64,000 nucleotides of DNA from a virus. The notes under the pieces were generated by a model. That model was not told the DNA's origin and ran no database searches. It worked only from the letters and a program-made list of their open reading frames with translations. The stretch is taken from positions 7,245 to 71,244 of IMG/VR virus record IMGVR_UViG_3300037882_002024; one strand, written 5' to 3'. Positions 8,286 to 17,408 of the stretch are shown in pieces. The position numbers were made by a program, and so were the translations under genes. Numbering within the stretch: the first letter of the stretch is position 1; every line of letters starts with the position of its first letter.

Positions 8286-8889
8286 CAACATTCACGCGAG
8301 CTTCCGTCAGTTCGTGTTGCCTATCGAGAGGCTGCGCCCTAACCCGGAGAACGTGCGCCAGCACGACGAGCGCAATGTCCAGATCATTGCCGATGCGCTA
8401 GAGCGCTTCGGGCAGGACCAGCCGCTCGTGGCGACCAATAACTACCTGCTCGTCAAGGGACACGGGCGCCTGCTCGCCGCCAAAAAATTAGGCTGGACGG
8501 AAATAGCCTGCGTGTTAGTGCCTGACGGCAAGGCTACCGCTACAGCGCGCGCCATCGCCGATCAGCGCGCGTCGGATACTTCCACGTGGGATTTTGCCGC
8601 GCTGGCGCAGGCGGCGCTAGCGTTGCACGCCGACGGGCAGGATATTCACGACTGCGGTTGGGCACCCGGCGAGCTTGCTTTCATCCTTCCCGACACGAAG
8701 CCGAAGACAGCGCAGGCGCCTGCGGTACGCACCACAGCGCCGCGCATGGAAGGCCTGCGCCTTACGCCAGAGCAGCGCCAAGCGTTCGAGGATGCCTACA
8801 AGGTGATCCGCAAAATGGTTGGCGGCGAAGTGAGTGAGGGGCGCGCGCTCGAACTCATCTGTGCCGAGTTCATGTCGGGGGTGCGCTAA
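8275..8889 (+). CDS. ParB N-terminal-domain protein
   Basis: LRPNPENVRQH...ALERFGQDQPLV...GHGRLLAAKKLGW; paralogous to 6499..7131. Confidence 0.8.
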   Translation: MPINNIHASFRQFVLPIERLRPNPENVRQHDERNVQIIADALERFGQDQPLVATNNYLLVKGHGRLLAAKKLGWTEIACVLVPDGKATATARAIADQRASDTSTWDFAALAQAALALHADGQDIHDCGWAPGELAFILPDTKPKTAQAPAVRTTAPRMEGLRLTPEQRQAFEDAYKVIRKMVGGEVSEGRALELICAEFMSGVR

Positions 8890-9341
8890 TGGCTCTGGAC
8901 TGGATGCCGATGGGGGCGCCGCTTGTCGATGCGGCCCCGTTGCCTAATCGGCTGCGCCTGCTGCGTGGCTGGAATCCCGACGAAGATGGGCCGTACCTTG
9001 CAGACGAATACGTCGTTGAGTATTACCAGCCTAATACCAAGTATTACCAAGCGCTCGCGGCGCAACTGCGCACGCAGGCCTTGGCGAATCTCGGCGTGTG
9101 GTTCGTGATCCAGTATTGGGATGACGCGCCCCATGTGCAGTCGTGGCGCACGCACGGTGCGTTTCGGTATTGCTTCGAGGCCCCAGCAGAGTTTGACGAG
9201 CGCGGCCTCGTGCAAGGCGTGAAGGCTGTCGTCGCGATTGTGGGCCGCAAGGACCGCGAAGCCGCCGCCAAGAAGGGGCGCAAGCCCAAGAGCAAGACAC
9301 AGCACGCGCCCAGCCCGCGCAGCGAATGGGAAAAATTCTAA
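8889..9341 (+). CDS. hypothetical protein
   Basis: TAATG coupling to upstream gene; stop lies in the next promoter repeat. Confidence 0.6.
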   Translation: MALDWMPMGAPLVDAAPLPNRLRLLRGWNPDEDGPYLADEYVVEYYQPNTKYYQALAAQLRTQALANLGVWFVIQYWDDAPHVQSWRTHGAFRYCFEAPAEFDERGLVQGVKAVVAIVGRKDREAAAKKGRKPKSKTQHAPSPRSEWEKF

Positions 9342-9376
9342 AAAATAGTTGACATTGTGGCCGCAGATGGTATATT
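9340..9376 (+). promoter_or_regulatory. sigma70-type cassette promoter
   Basis: AAAAAATAG-TTGACA(9349)-16-TATATT with TG extended -10. Confidence 0.85.
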
Positions 9377-9446
9377 GTCTTCACGCAGATGCGAGCGCGC
9401 CCCAGCGCTTAACCGAACCCCTAAGTGGGTTGTCCGCAATCAGTAG

Positions 9447-9857
9447 GTGTTGCGACTTATGGCCGATGACAGATTGCTCCTGATATGCCTCAGCACGCCC
9501 GGCGCGCAGGCCTACTACGATGGCGCAGCCACCTACGCGCAATGGCGCGCTGAGGCCGAATTGCATCACCAAGAACTACTTCTCGTCGTGCGCGAGGCTG
9601 TGAGCTTTTCGCGCACGCGCCTTGAGCCGCCAGAGTTTTTGCAGCACAGGCTTGGAGAGTTTCGGCCGTCCTGCGTGCTGCACTTCGGCGACGGCAAGGC
9701 TGTGCGGTGGGTGTCAGCCTACATACCCGTGGTGGCCGTGAGTGATCCCGGCAATATGCGGCTCGTGCAGGCTGCGACGGAAATAGCCGACATCGCCAAG
9801 GCGGGGTATACGTCTGTGGAAGAGTGCGATGGGTGCGTGACCCTTCGCCGACGCTAA
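9447..9857 (+). CDS. hypothetical protein
   Basis: ORF downstream of promoter; TAA stop supplied by box 9854. Confidence 0.55.
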   Translation: MLRLMADDRLLLICLSTPGAQAYYDGAATYAQWRAEAELHHQELLLVVREAVSFSRTRLEPPEFLQHRLGEFRPSCVLHFGDGKAVRWVSAYIPVVAVSDPGNMRLVQAATEIADIAKAGYTSVEECDGCVTLRRR

Positions 9858-9877
9858 AATTTTTTAGTGAGCATGCC

Positions 9878-10096
9878 GTGAAAGATGAATTTTTGAAGCT
9901 GGCCGAAGAGACGCTTAGCAAGATCGAAGACGATGTGCCGCCCGAGGCAGTAGACAAAGCGCTAGACTTTTTCGAGTCGGTTTCGGAGAAGATCAGCGAC
10001 ATGGTGGAGCGCGTCGAAGCGGGCGCCCCTGTCACTGAGGGCATGATGCAAGCGCTCCAAAACATGAGCGCAGGAGTTGATAAGTGGATACCGTAG
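9878..10096 (+). CDS. small acidic hypothetical protein
   Basis: GTG start after box and GAG; helical acidic sequence. Confidence 0.55.
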   Translation: MKDEFLKLAEETLSKIEDDVPPEAVDKALDFFESVSEKISDMVERVEAGAPVTEGMMQALQNMSAGVDKWIP

Positions 10097-10659
10097 TCGC
10101 TTTTTTGCCGCCTCAATGCTCAACGGTGTGGGCAGGCCTGTATTGGCCGCGTGAGGATTGGCTATGCGACTTTTGGCGCTCCGAGACAGGCAGCTACTTG
10201 ACAGTGTTGCGCAAGGGCATGCAAGCAGCGCGTCGCGACGTGACGCTTATTCCTGCGCCGGTTTCGCTTACGGTGCTGGCGCACTACAGTGACCCGCGCC
10301 CCGTAGAGCCGACCGCGATGTGGAGCGCGTTTGCGCAGCACGAGCCGAAGGCCTTGGTGTTTTGCGGCCTTGTGGCTTACGGGCGTTGGCTAGACTTCTA
10401 TGAGCGCGCTGATGTGGCGCGCCAAAGGATCGTTGAGAGAATCCCGGCCGTTGTTCTGCCGCACCCATTGTCAAGTGCGGCAAGACGGCCTTATTACGAG
10501 GACGCAGGGCGAACCGTGGCAACGGCGACACTATTCCCATTCCACGGAATCCGGCGACTCAAAGTTATCCGAGGTAAGCATGATTGGGAAGAAACGAATT
10601 ACGGCCGCGAGCGTGAACTATGTCGCGATGGCCGTGAAGGCGGGCACGCTGCAAGTTAA
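10084..10659 (+). CDS. hypothetical protein, weak uracil-DNA-glycosylase-fold-like motifs
   Basis: ALVFCGLVAY and VVLPHPLS resemble UDG-superfamily motifs; N-terminal catalytic motif not recognised. Confidence 0.3.
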   Translation: MDTVVAFLPPQCSTVWAGLYWPREDWLCDFWRSETGSYLTVLRKGMQAARRDVTLIPAPVSLTVLAHYSDPRPVEPTAMWSAFAQHEPKALVFCGLVAYGRWLDFYERADVARQRIVERIPAVVLPHPLSSAARRPYYEDAGRTVATATLFPFHGIRRLKVIRGKHDWEETNYGRERELCRDGREGGHAAS

Positions 10660-10975
10660 TTTCAACGCTGTGCCGTGGCTGCGGGACGCCGAAGTGGCCG
10701 AGTTGAAAGAGATTATGGATGGCCAGCGCGGCCACTACCCGCTCTGCCACGCAGCCGAGTACGCCGCCAAGGCCATTGGGGAGCGCCCCGCCATTGGCAA
10801 GCGCTTGGCGTTCTTCTTTGCGGGCCTGCGCAACAAAGCGCGCTATCGCCTGTCGTCAGACTTCGAGGCCACCATCGACCGCGAGGCCATGTTGTGCTGG
10901 CTGCGCGAACACAACAAGGCCGCATGGCTGCGCTTGATGAGCCATCTCAAGGCGCCCGAAGGGGCGCCCGCGTGA
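10580..10975 (+). CDS. hypothetical protein
   Basis: GAGG RBS then ATG 10580. Confidence 0.55.
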   Translation: MIGKKRITAASVNYVAMAVKAGTLQVNFNAVPWLRDAEVAELKEIMDGQRGHYPLCHAAEYAAKAIGERPAIGKRLAFFFAGLRNKARYRLSSDFEATIDREAMLCWLREHNKAAWLRLMSHLKAPEGAPA

Positions 10976-11226
10976 AGGTAGCTATCGACGTAAGTGGCTT
11001 CTCGCCGATGGAAGCTACTTACGTGGCAAGGCTCACCGCAGATGTGCCGACGCTGCAATGGACGGACGCCTGCGTGGCGGATCATAACGAGGCCTCGTGG
11101 ACAGCGCATGAGGCCGAAGTGCTTGGGGCCGTGATGTTGGCGATAGGCTACTTTATCGGCGTCGGCCTGCCGGTCGAAGAAGCCGAGATGCTGGCTAAGA
11201 AAATTGCGAGGCAGTGGTGTGATTAA
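10972..11226 (+). CDS. hypothetical protein
   Basis: GTGA overlap with upstream stop. Confidence 0.5.
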   Translation: MKVAIDVSGFSPMEATYVARLTADVPTLQWTDACVADHNEASWTAHEAEVLGAVMLAIGYFIGVGLPVEEAEMLAKKIARQWCD

Positions 11227-11400
11227 GCGCAGCGGCGATTGGTTGTTCGATAGCAGGCCGGGCGGATGGCTGCTGTGTATTCTTGCGGGGCTGTTGTGCG
11301 CAGCCCTTGCGCTTGGCAGCCTCGTAATCGTGGTGCAGAACGCTGACCTGATTGCGGTGTTCTTCGAGGCGTTGCGAGAGAATCTGTAACCGAGGGAAGC

Positions 11401-11706
11401 ATGAAAGAGATTGAGTACGTGGTGCGCCTGCGCGGCGACCCCAAGAAGCCGTGGAACTATTTGACGAAGGTGCCGACGCCATTCGAGAACGACACCATGC
11501 TGGACGGCAAAGGCAAGATTGCCGAACGCCATGTCTCGCGACCGAACGCAGGCCTTGCGATGCGCATGAGCAAAGAAGACGCCGACGATTGGGTGCGTAA
11601 GGTGTGTTTCTCGCATCCGTGGATCGAAGTCGAGCGCGCCCCGGTGACCGACTTCAAGGCTGCCGAGCTTGTCGATGACCCGTTGGAAGAATTGGCTGCA
11701 GGCTAA
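11401..11706 (+). CDS. hypothetical protein
   Basis: ACCGAGGGAAG RBS variant; TAA stop in box 11703. Confidence 0.65.
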   Translation: MKEIEYVVRLRGDPKKPWNYLTKVPTPFENDTMLDGKGKIAERHVSRPNAGLAMRMSKEDADDWVRKVCFSHPWIEVERAPVTDFKAAELVDDPLEELAAG

Positions 11707-11727
11707 AATAATTTAGTGAGGTTCCCG

Positions 11728-12150
11728 ATGAGATGGCTTCGTTGGTTGTGGCGCTCGCCAGCGCCCCGCGATGCGCGGTTAGAGTTTATGCGCGCGTATG
11801 TGTCCGTGTGGCTGTGCAGTCCCGGTGCAGGTCTTTTCGCCAGCGCAGTGGCCGCAGCGCATGGCCGGTCGAATCCGTGTGCGTCTTGCGCAGGGGCTGC
11901 AAGTGTGCTGGCACGCAAGGCCATCAAGCGCGGCTTGTTCGGGTTGAGCGACAACGAGTTCCTGTTTCTGGTTGCGTCGCCTAGCGACCTGCTTACAGTG
12001 GCTTGCGGCGTGCATTTGCATGGCGGGCCTGCATGGGAAAAGCCAATTGAGAAAGCGCTTACGCTCGCTACGAACAGGCACGTCAGCGAAATTGATTCCA
12101 TGATTGATGAAGGTGCTGCGGCACTGCTCATGAAAACGAGGGCATCATGA
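11728..12150 (+). CDS. hypothetical protein
   Basis: GAGG RBS directly after box 11703. Confidence 0.55.
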   Translation: MRWLRWLWRSPAPRDARLEFMRAYVSVWLCSPGAGLFASAVAAAHGRSNPCASCAGAASVLARKAIKRGLFGLSDNEFLFLVASPSDLLTVACGVHLHGGPAWEKPIEKALTLATNRHVSEIDSMIDEGAAALLMKTRAS

Positions 12151-12476
12151 ATGGCTCACGTATCGTAGGCAAGCGCGAGCCGATGGCCGACCAATACGGT
12201 TGGGCGTGTGTAATTATCATTAGTCCACGAGGCCAGATTTGCGTGCAGTTTACAGCGGGCAAAGACGAGCTTCATATCCGCTGCTCACAACGCGACCCAA
12301 ACCAAGTTCAGGTTGTGTCCGTGGTGGGCAAGGGAATTGCACTTGATGAGATAGCGGCTATTCTAGGTCTGGCTTGCGCTATTCAGGATTGCGTTCAAGA
12401 TAGCGACATCGAGACGTTGCGGCGCATACTCAAGCGCCCGCGCTTAACCCCGCGTCAGATTGTCGAGCGCGGTTAA
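12147..12476 (+). CDS. hypothetical protein
   Basis: ATGA overlap; TAA stop in box 12473. Confidence 0.6.
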   Translation: MNGSRIVGKREPMADQYGWACVIIISPRGQICVQFTAGKDELHIRCSQRDPNQVQVVSVVGKGIALDEIAAILGLACAIQDCVQDSDIETLRRILKRPRLTPRQIVERG

Positions 12477-12496
12477 AAATTTTTAGTGGAGAGAAT

Positions 12497-13183
12497 ATGC
12501 GAAGAGTTAATTTAGCAATCGTGGCCGTTGCAGTGGCGCTGCTGTGCGGCTGCTGCTACTGCGCGCACTGGTACTACGAAGACGCCGAGCGCGAGCGCAA
12601 GCAGTGTGAATGGGCGCCGCACTCTAAAGAGTATCGCGGCGACGCAGGGGAAAGCGCTGAGCCGCCAGTGGCTAAACTGCAGCCGCCAGTGGCTAAACTG
12701 CAGCCGCCTGTCGTGCTGCAGGTGGCGCCCGTCGAGCGCCTGCTGATGCCGGACGACTACAAGCCGAACGAGCGCGCGCAAAAGATTATCGCGCTGCTGC
12801 AAAGCTCCATCGACGTGGAGAAGAACTACGCCGAAGGCTCGATGGACTACGTTGGCTCTGGCCTTCGTATCGTCGGGCTAGGTAAATCGTATCCGCGTGT
12901 TATGACGGCGCGACATACAGTGGTGAGCCGCAAGAATGAAGGCGCGCCAAATGTGTCTATTACGATTATTCATCCAGACTCGATTAACAAGTCGCGAACG
13001 CTGCGCGAGCAAGAGGCCATCATAATTGAGTTGGACAGCACTGACATCACAGATGTTTTTTCGCAAGACGACCTCGGCCACTTTTTCGATCTGGCAGCCG
13101 AGCGCCTGCCGAAGCTCCAGCGGGCCGTAGAAGAGCGCACCCACAAAAAGAAGCTCAAATTGCTTGATGAGGTAAAGCCATGA
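12497..13183 (+). CDS. putative membrane-anchored/lipoprotein-like hypothetical protein
   Basis: GGAG RBS after box; hydrophobic N-terminus ending LLCGC; internal PPVAKLQ duplication. Confidence 0.6.
   Translation: MRRVNLAIVAVAVALLCGCCYCAHWYYEDAERERKQCEWAPHSKEYRGDAGESAEPPVAKLQPPVAKLQPPVVLQVAPVERLLMPDDYKPNERAQKIIALLQSSIDVEKNYAEGSMDYVGSGLRIVGLGKSYPRVMTARHTVVSRKNEGAPNVSITIIHPDSINKSRTLREQEAIIIELDSTDITDVFSQDDLGHFFDLAAERLPKLQRAVEERTHKKKLKLLDEVKP
12661..12708 (+). repeat. 21-bp in-frame tandem duplication
   Basis: GCCGCCAGTGGCTAAACTGCA x2 plus partial third copy. Confidence 0.9.
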
Positions 13184-14061
13184 ACATTCTCGCGCAATGT
13201 GAATTGACTAGCGCCGAAGTCTCCGAGTGGATGGTTCGCCATGCGCCTGCTCACGACGGCGTTACGGTCACGTGGATTGTGATTCTGCTGATGGCGTTGC
13301 TCTGCCTTGTGGGTCGTCTTCGCGATGAGATGGCGCGCGTGCGCCGCTATCGTCAGAGTTTAGACGAGGCTTTCAAGCAAAAGGCGAAGGCCGAAGCGCA
13401 GGCCATTGAAGTCGAAGTGCAGGTGAGCAGCTACAAGGAAAAGCTGACCGCGATGAGCGGCAAGCACAAAGGCATGTGCGACAGGTACGATGCGTTTGTA
13501 GGCGAGGCCGAAGGCTTCGAGCGACAAGCGAAAGCCACCGAAGCTGAGCTACGATTAGAGCTAGCGGGCACGCACCGCGCTATTGATGAGGCCAGCAGTC
13601 GCTACTTGCGCTTGAGCGATGCGATGAAGAGCGCCAACGAAGCCAATGCTGGGGCCAGCGAGGTTATCGAGAAGCTTAAGCGCGAAAACGAAGAGCTTGC
13701 AGGCCGCGCAAACGACTACGCTCAGCAGGTTGCAGAGTTGCACCGTGAAGTAGATCGGCTCATTGAGGCGCGCAGGAAGGATCAGGAAGAGCGCCAGCAA
13801 AGCGAAAGCGACGCCGCCGACGAACGCGAAAAGCTGGCTTCTCGAAGCAGTGTTTTGCGAGCGCAGCTTGACCAGCTTTGCTTCAAGGCCGGACTGTGTT
13901 CGGGGCAGGCGCGCACGATGCAAGCACGATTGCGTACCCTCAAGGATTCCGTAGCGGCCGACTTGAGGTATTGCGAAGACCTGCTAGCGGCTGTTGTGAA
14001 TGTATGTCCACCAGAAGAAGGCGAATCGCCTAGCGCGCAGGATGGCAGCCACGGTAGATAG
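13180..14061 (+). CDS. membrane-anchored coiled-coil protein
   Basis: TM segment VTVTWIVILLMALLCLVG then long heptad-rich E/K/A/R region. Confidence 0.65.
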   Translation: MNILAQCELTSAEVSEWMVRHAPAHDGVTVTWIVILLMALLCLVGRLRDEMARVRRYRQSLDEAFKQKAKAEAQAIEVEVQVSSYKEKLTAMSGKHKGMCDRYDAFVGEAEGFERQAKATEAELRLELAGTHRAIDEASSRYLRLSDAMKSANEANAGASEVIEKLKRENEELAGRANDYAQQVAELHREVDRLIEARRKDQEERQQSESDAADEREKLASRSSVLRAQLDQLCFKAGLCSGQARTMQARLRTLKDSVAADLRYCEDLLAAVVNVCPPEEGESPSAQDGSHGR

Positions 14062-14145
14062 GGTTGGCTTTTTGTTGCCGAGAGAACGAAAGCTCGGCAA
14101 ACGAAGCCGTAGCGCTTGCAAACGGCATCCGCAAGGGAGTCATGT

Positions 14146-14346
14146 ATGGAAAGTGCCGATATTAAGGGCAACGGCTGGGGATGGCCGAGCAGGCTGCGCC
14201 GCGACCATTTCTTTGTGAATGGGCGTTCACTATGCAAAAGGCATGTGTTTTACGGCACTTGCCGAGTTGATCTGATGAGCGACCCAAAGCGGTGCGTCGT
14301 GTGCCAAAGAAGGCGCGAGCGTCAGATTGGTAAAAAATTAGACTAA
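14146..14346 (+). CDS. small Cys/His-rich hypothetical protein
   Basis: GGGAG RBS; HFF...SLCKRH...CVVC; TAA stop in box 14343. Confidence 0.55.
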   Translation: MESADIKGNGWGWPSRLRRDHFFVNGRSLCKRHVFYGTCRVDLMSDPKRCVVCQRRRERQIGKKLD

Positions 14347-14366
14347 AATGTTTTAGTGAGAAAAAG

Positions 14367-14717
14367 ATGACGACGGCGTTTTTGATGGTTTTGCTTTTGG
14401 CGTTCCCGCCGAAGCCCGATTTGGCGTTTCGCTTCAAGGACACCAATGCCACGAAGCTCATCAGCGCGGCAAGGCTTGTCGGCGTGAAGCTCGATGGCCT
14501 GACCATCCTTGGGAAGCCTCTGGCCATCGAGGCAAAGATTCTCAAGGCCGACATCGAGTTGCGTGGCCAGATTGTGACCGCGAAGCTCGAAGGGTTTGCG
14601 GTCCAAGGTGACTGGCTGCGTGCGATCTACGCAGCCTACAACAGGCGCACGGGCGCGTTCTATATCAAGGCTTATGCCTTCGATGGGGTTGTTGAACTCG
14701 AAGGCATCTACAAGTGA
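14367..14717 (+). CDS. exported hypothetical protein
   Basis: Hydrophobic N-terminal signal-like segment; starts just after box. Confidence 0.6.
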   Translation: MTTAFLMVLLLAFPPKPDLAFRFKDTNATKLISAARLVGVKLDGLTILGKPLAIEAKILKADIELRGQIVTAKLEGFAVQGDWLRAIYAAYNRRTGAFYIKAYAFDGVVELEGIYK

Positions 14718-14724
14718 GGGCGCA

Positions 14725-15009
14725 ATGACTGAGGAAGAGGAAGCGCGCGAGTATGTTATTGGCGTCTCGATTATAGTGGCCATTTCAACGGCCGTCCTGT
14801 GGGCGTTCAAGATTTCGAGCGTTGACGATATTATGCCTTGGTGGATGGCCTCTATTATTGCTATCTTGTGGCTGGCCTGCGTGGGGATTTTCTGGCTGCA
14901 AGAGATTGGCCCAAAGATTTTTTTGTGCTGCGTGCGCTGTGCCGTGGCTTGCTCTGGCGAACAGGTTGCTCGGGCACTCGTTTCGATGGTTCGATCAAGG
15001 AGAGACTAA
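14725..15009 (+). CDS. small membrane protein
   Basis: GAGGG RBS; two predicted TM segments. Confidence 0.5.
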   Translation: MTEEEEAREYVIGVSIIVAISTAVLWAFKISSVDDIMPWWMASIIAILWLACVGIFWLQEIGPKIFLCCVRCAVACSGEQVARALVSMVRSRRD

Positions 15010-15173
15010 TGACCTTGGCGCAAACGGATAACTCTGGATGGTCGTGCGCTGCTGCTGTGATAGTGCTTATCGTCTGTTGTGCGGCGTATTCTATTTACAA
15101 TCGCCGATGCGAGATGAAAGAGCGCACATGGGAAGCCAACGAGAAGCGGCGCAAAGATCGCGGGGCAAAGTAA
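15009..15173 (+). CDS. small single-TM protein
   Basis: TAATG coupling; TM then basic tail. Confidence 0.45.
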   Translation: MTLAQTDNSGWSCAAAVIVLIVCCAAYSIYNRRCEMKERTWEANEKRRKDRGAK

Positions 15174-15179
15174 GTTTAG

Positions 15180-15308
15180 CCCAGAGGCGACGGGGATGGC
15201 GACCCGTTACGATGCCAAGCAGAGATGCACTACGCGATCAGGCGGGCGCTGCAAGTCTGTGCGTTAGCGGGTAAAGGTGCAAGCCGGTTCGATTCCGGCC
15301 CTTTGGGA
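15180..15308 (+). ncRNA. tRNA-like RNA with 8-bp acceptor stem and enlarged central domain
   Basis: CCCAGAGG(15180)/CCTTTGGG(15300) acceptor; D-like arm GACGGG/CCCGTT; canonical T-arm GCCGG-TTCGATT-CCGGC; about 74 nt replace the anticodon/variable arms; intergenic. Confidence 0.6.
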
Positions 15309-15379
15309 TGCCGCAATGACGCGGCGACAGCGCGCAAGCGCTGCAAGCAATATGCGCGCAAGCGCAGAAAGGTTATGCG

Positions 15380-15838
15380 ATGAAGAGTTTTCTGATGGCG
15401 ACGGCAATGCTGCTGTTGGCAGGTTATGCCACGGCACAAGAGAAGCCAGAGCCGAAGTTGGTGCCGATGTTGCCCGCGACGAATCCCGACAAGGTTGAGC
15501 CGAAGGCGCTCGATGTCGTGGGCGTGCAAGTTGTCAATGGCGTGTGTTTGATTTTCGATCCCGCCGACAATGGCGTGTTCCGCGTTCCGGCCACGGACCA
15601 CAAAGGCATCGAAAGCGTGCGCGCGCATATCGCCAAGAAGAAGGCCACGGGCGAAGTGACGGTGTACGTGGAGCAACAAGCGGCCTGCGCGGGCGGCGTC
15701 TGTGCAGTCCAAAGCCAGACCACCTGCGTCGGCGGGCAATGCGGCCAAGTGACGCAGCCTCTCGGTAACATCGTCACGCAGCCGTTGCGTGTGATTCAGC
15801 AAGCATGCCCGAATGGCCGGTGCCCTAACCCGCGCTAA
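15380..15838 (+). CDS. exported protein with Cys-pair-rich C-terminus
   Basis: Signal peptide (ATA-Q); CAGGVC...CVGGQC...CPNGRCP. Confidence 0.65.
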   Translation: MKSFLMATAMLLLAGYATAQEKPEPKLVPMLPATNPDKVEPKALDVVGVQVVNGVCLIFDPADNGVFRVPATDHKGIESVRAHIAKKKATGEVTVYVEQQAACAGGVCAVQSQTTCVGGQCGQVTQPLGNIVTQPLRVIQQACPNGRCPNPR

Positions 15839-15844
15839 GCGTCG

Positions 15845-16282
15845 GTGTGGCTAAAAGTTTTTAGTGACATGGCAAGCGCTCTTCGGGGCGCTTGCTCTTT
15901 TTGGAGAGCTACTGTGAGAGAGAATTTTAGCATTCAGATCGAGGGCACCACGCTGAGCATTGTGCCCAACCCTGTGGGGCAGGGCATCGGCTTGGTGGTG
16001 ACGCGTGGGACATCGGCCGCATTCCATCGGCAGATGCTCACGGCGCATATGCGCGGCGCGGTGACGCGCGCCGCCGTCGAGCTTCACTTGCTCACCTACG
16101 AGAGCATCTATCGCGCGCAGTACGACGCTTTCGCTGATTTCGCGGCCTGCTTTGTCAATACGGCGTTTGCAGCCACGTACAACGAGCAGTCGGAAGTGGT
16201 CAAAGAAGACATCGCGGCGCTGATGCTAACGAACATGGCGCGCTCGATTGCGGGGCATTGCGACACGATCCTAAACGCCTAG
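15845..16282 (+). CDS. hypothetical protein
   Basis: ORF between neighbours; real start probably ATG 15869 after box 15851. Confidence 0.5.
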   Translation: MWLKVFSDMASALRGACSFWRATVRENFSIQIEGTTLSIVPNPVGQGIGLVVTRGTSAAFHRQMLTAHMRGAVTRAAVELHLLTYESIYRAQYDAFADFAACFVNTAFAATYNEQSEVVKEDIAALMLTNMARSIAGHCDTILNA

Positions 16283-16295
16283 TCGAGGGGCTGCT

Positions 16296-17408
16296 GTGGT
16301 CATTGATGATTGCGACGCGCAGGGGCTGCTACGGGCCATCAAAGACGATCCGGATGACGACGCGCCCCGTCTGATTTTGGCCGACCGCTACGACGAGCTT
16401 GACTATGGCGCGTCGGCCAATTTCATCCGTGAGTCCGTGGCCGCAGGGCAGGCTAGCCGCGATTGCGCACAGCGATTTGGAGTGTGCGTCTGCGAGACGA
16501 GTGATAGTTGCGCGGCCTGCTCACACTCCACGGCCTTCGTGAAGTTGTGGGGCGATAAGCAACGATGCTTTCACACAGGAGTATGGAACGGCGTCTTCTC
16601 TCCCAACGATACGGTTGCTAGTGAAGGCTCAGCGCAGTGGCTCAGAGACACAATCGGGTGGCGCTTCGACGTGCATGGCAAGACTGCTAATCGGGAGTAT
16701 TGCCACATGAGAGCGCAGGAGATGGCCTACACCGCAGGCAATGCGCCCTATATGCGCGAGAACCTTTCCAATGGCGTGTTGTGCGCCACGGAGCATGACG
16801 CGGACAATACGGTGCTGCACTTGCGTCGAGGCCTGCCTGAGTATCTGGAAGTTAGCCTCAGCCGACTCTATATGCCACCCATCAAAAGGGCGCTGTCGTT
16901 GTTCCCAATCAGGCAAGTGCTGATTGCCGATGCGCGTCCCGTGGTCGTGGGTCGAGCGCGTCGCAGCCGCACCAACGCGGTTAGTGCCGAAGGGTATGCG
17001 CAGAGCGTGATGGCCAGCATGATGGGCGGGCGCTTCGTAACGCGGGAACCGCGAAACTATCCGCCTTCACAGAGGCCACCGGATGCAGTGCATATAGGCG
17101 TTGACGGCGATGTTTACGTGGTGCCCTACGGATGCACTCTGCATCAGCCTTGGCATGCGATTGGCGAAACACCGCAGTATCGTTGGTATCGAGACGACTA
17201 CGCGCTGCTCGGCTCGGGCATGGATGTTGGCGTCACCGCCCGTATCAAACGAGACATCTTCGATGGTCTGCAAGGCGGGCGCAAGATGGATATTCAAGTC
17301 GGGCGTCACATGATTCAGGTGTGCGACTACGGAACGCCATTCGTGGCATATGCAGCCCTGTGCGACGCGGTTTTCTCTATCTGTCAAATGCCCGCTGGAA
17401 CGTCGTAG
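16296..17408 (+). CDS. TIGR02996-like (Gemmata repeat-companion) domain protein
   Basis: N-terminus GLLRAIKDDPDDDAPRLILADRYDE matches the LRAI..xPDDDxPRLxxADWLxE pattern. Confidence 0.8.
   Translation: MVIDDCDAQGLLRAIKDDPDDDAPRLILADRYDELDYGASANFIRESVAAGQASRDCAQRFGVCVCETSDSCAACSHSTAFVKLWGDKQRCFHTGVWNGVFSPNDTVASEGSAQWLRDTIGWRFDVHGKTANREYCHMRAQEMAYTAGNAPYMRENLSNGVLCATEHDADNTVLHLRRGLPEYLEVSLSRLYMPPIKRALSLFPIRQVLIADARPVVVGRARRSRTNAVSAEGYAQSVMASMMGGRFVTREPRNYPPSQRPPDAVHIGVDGDVYVVPYGCTLHQPWHAIGETPQYRWYRDDYALLGSGMDVGVTARIKRDIFDGLQGGRKMDIQVGRHMIQVCDYGTPFVAYAALCDAVFSICQMPAGTS

Noticed and set aside
12661-12708. 21-bp tandem repeat as a contingency or regulatory locus
   Set aside because: In-frame duplication in a Pro-rich linker; only two full copies
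15180-15308. tmRNA or YrlA Y-RNA identity
   Set aside because: Too short for tmRNA, with no tag ORF or G3-U70 alanine identity; arm order is canonical, not permuted as in YrlA
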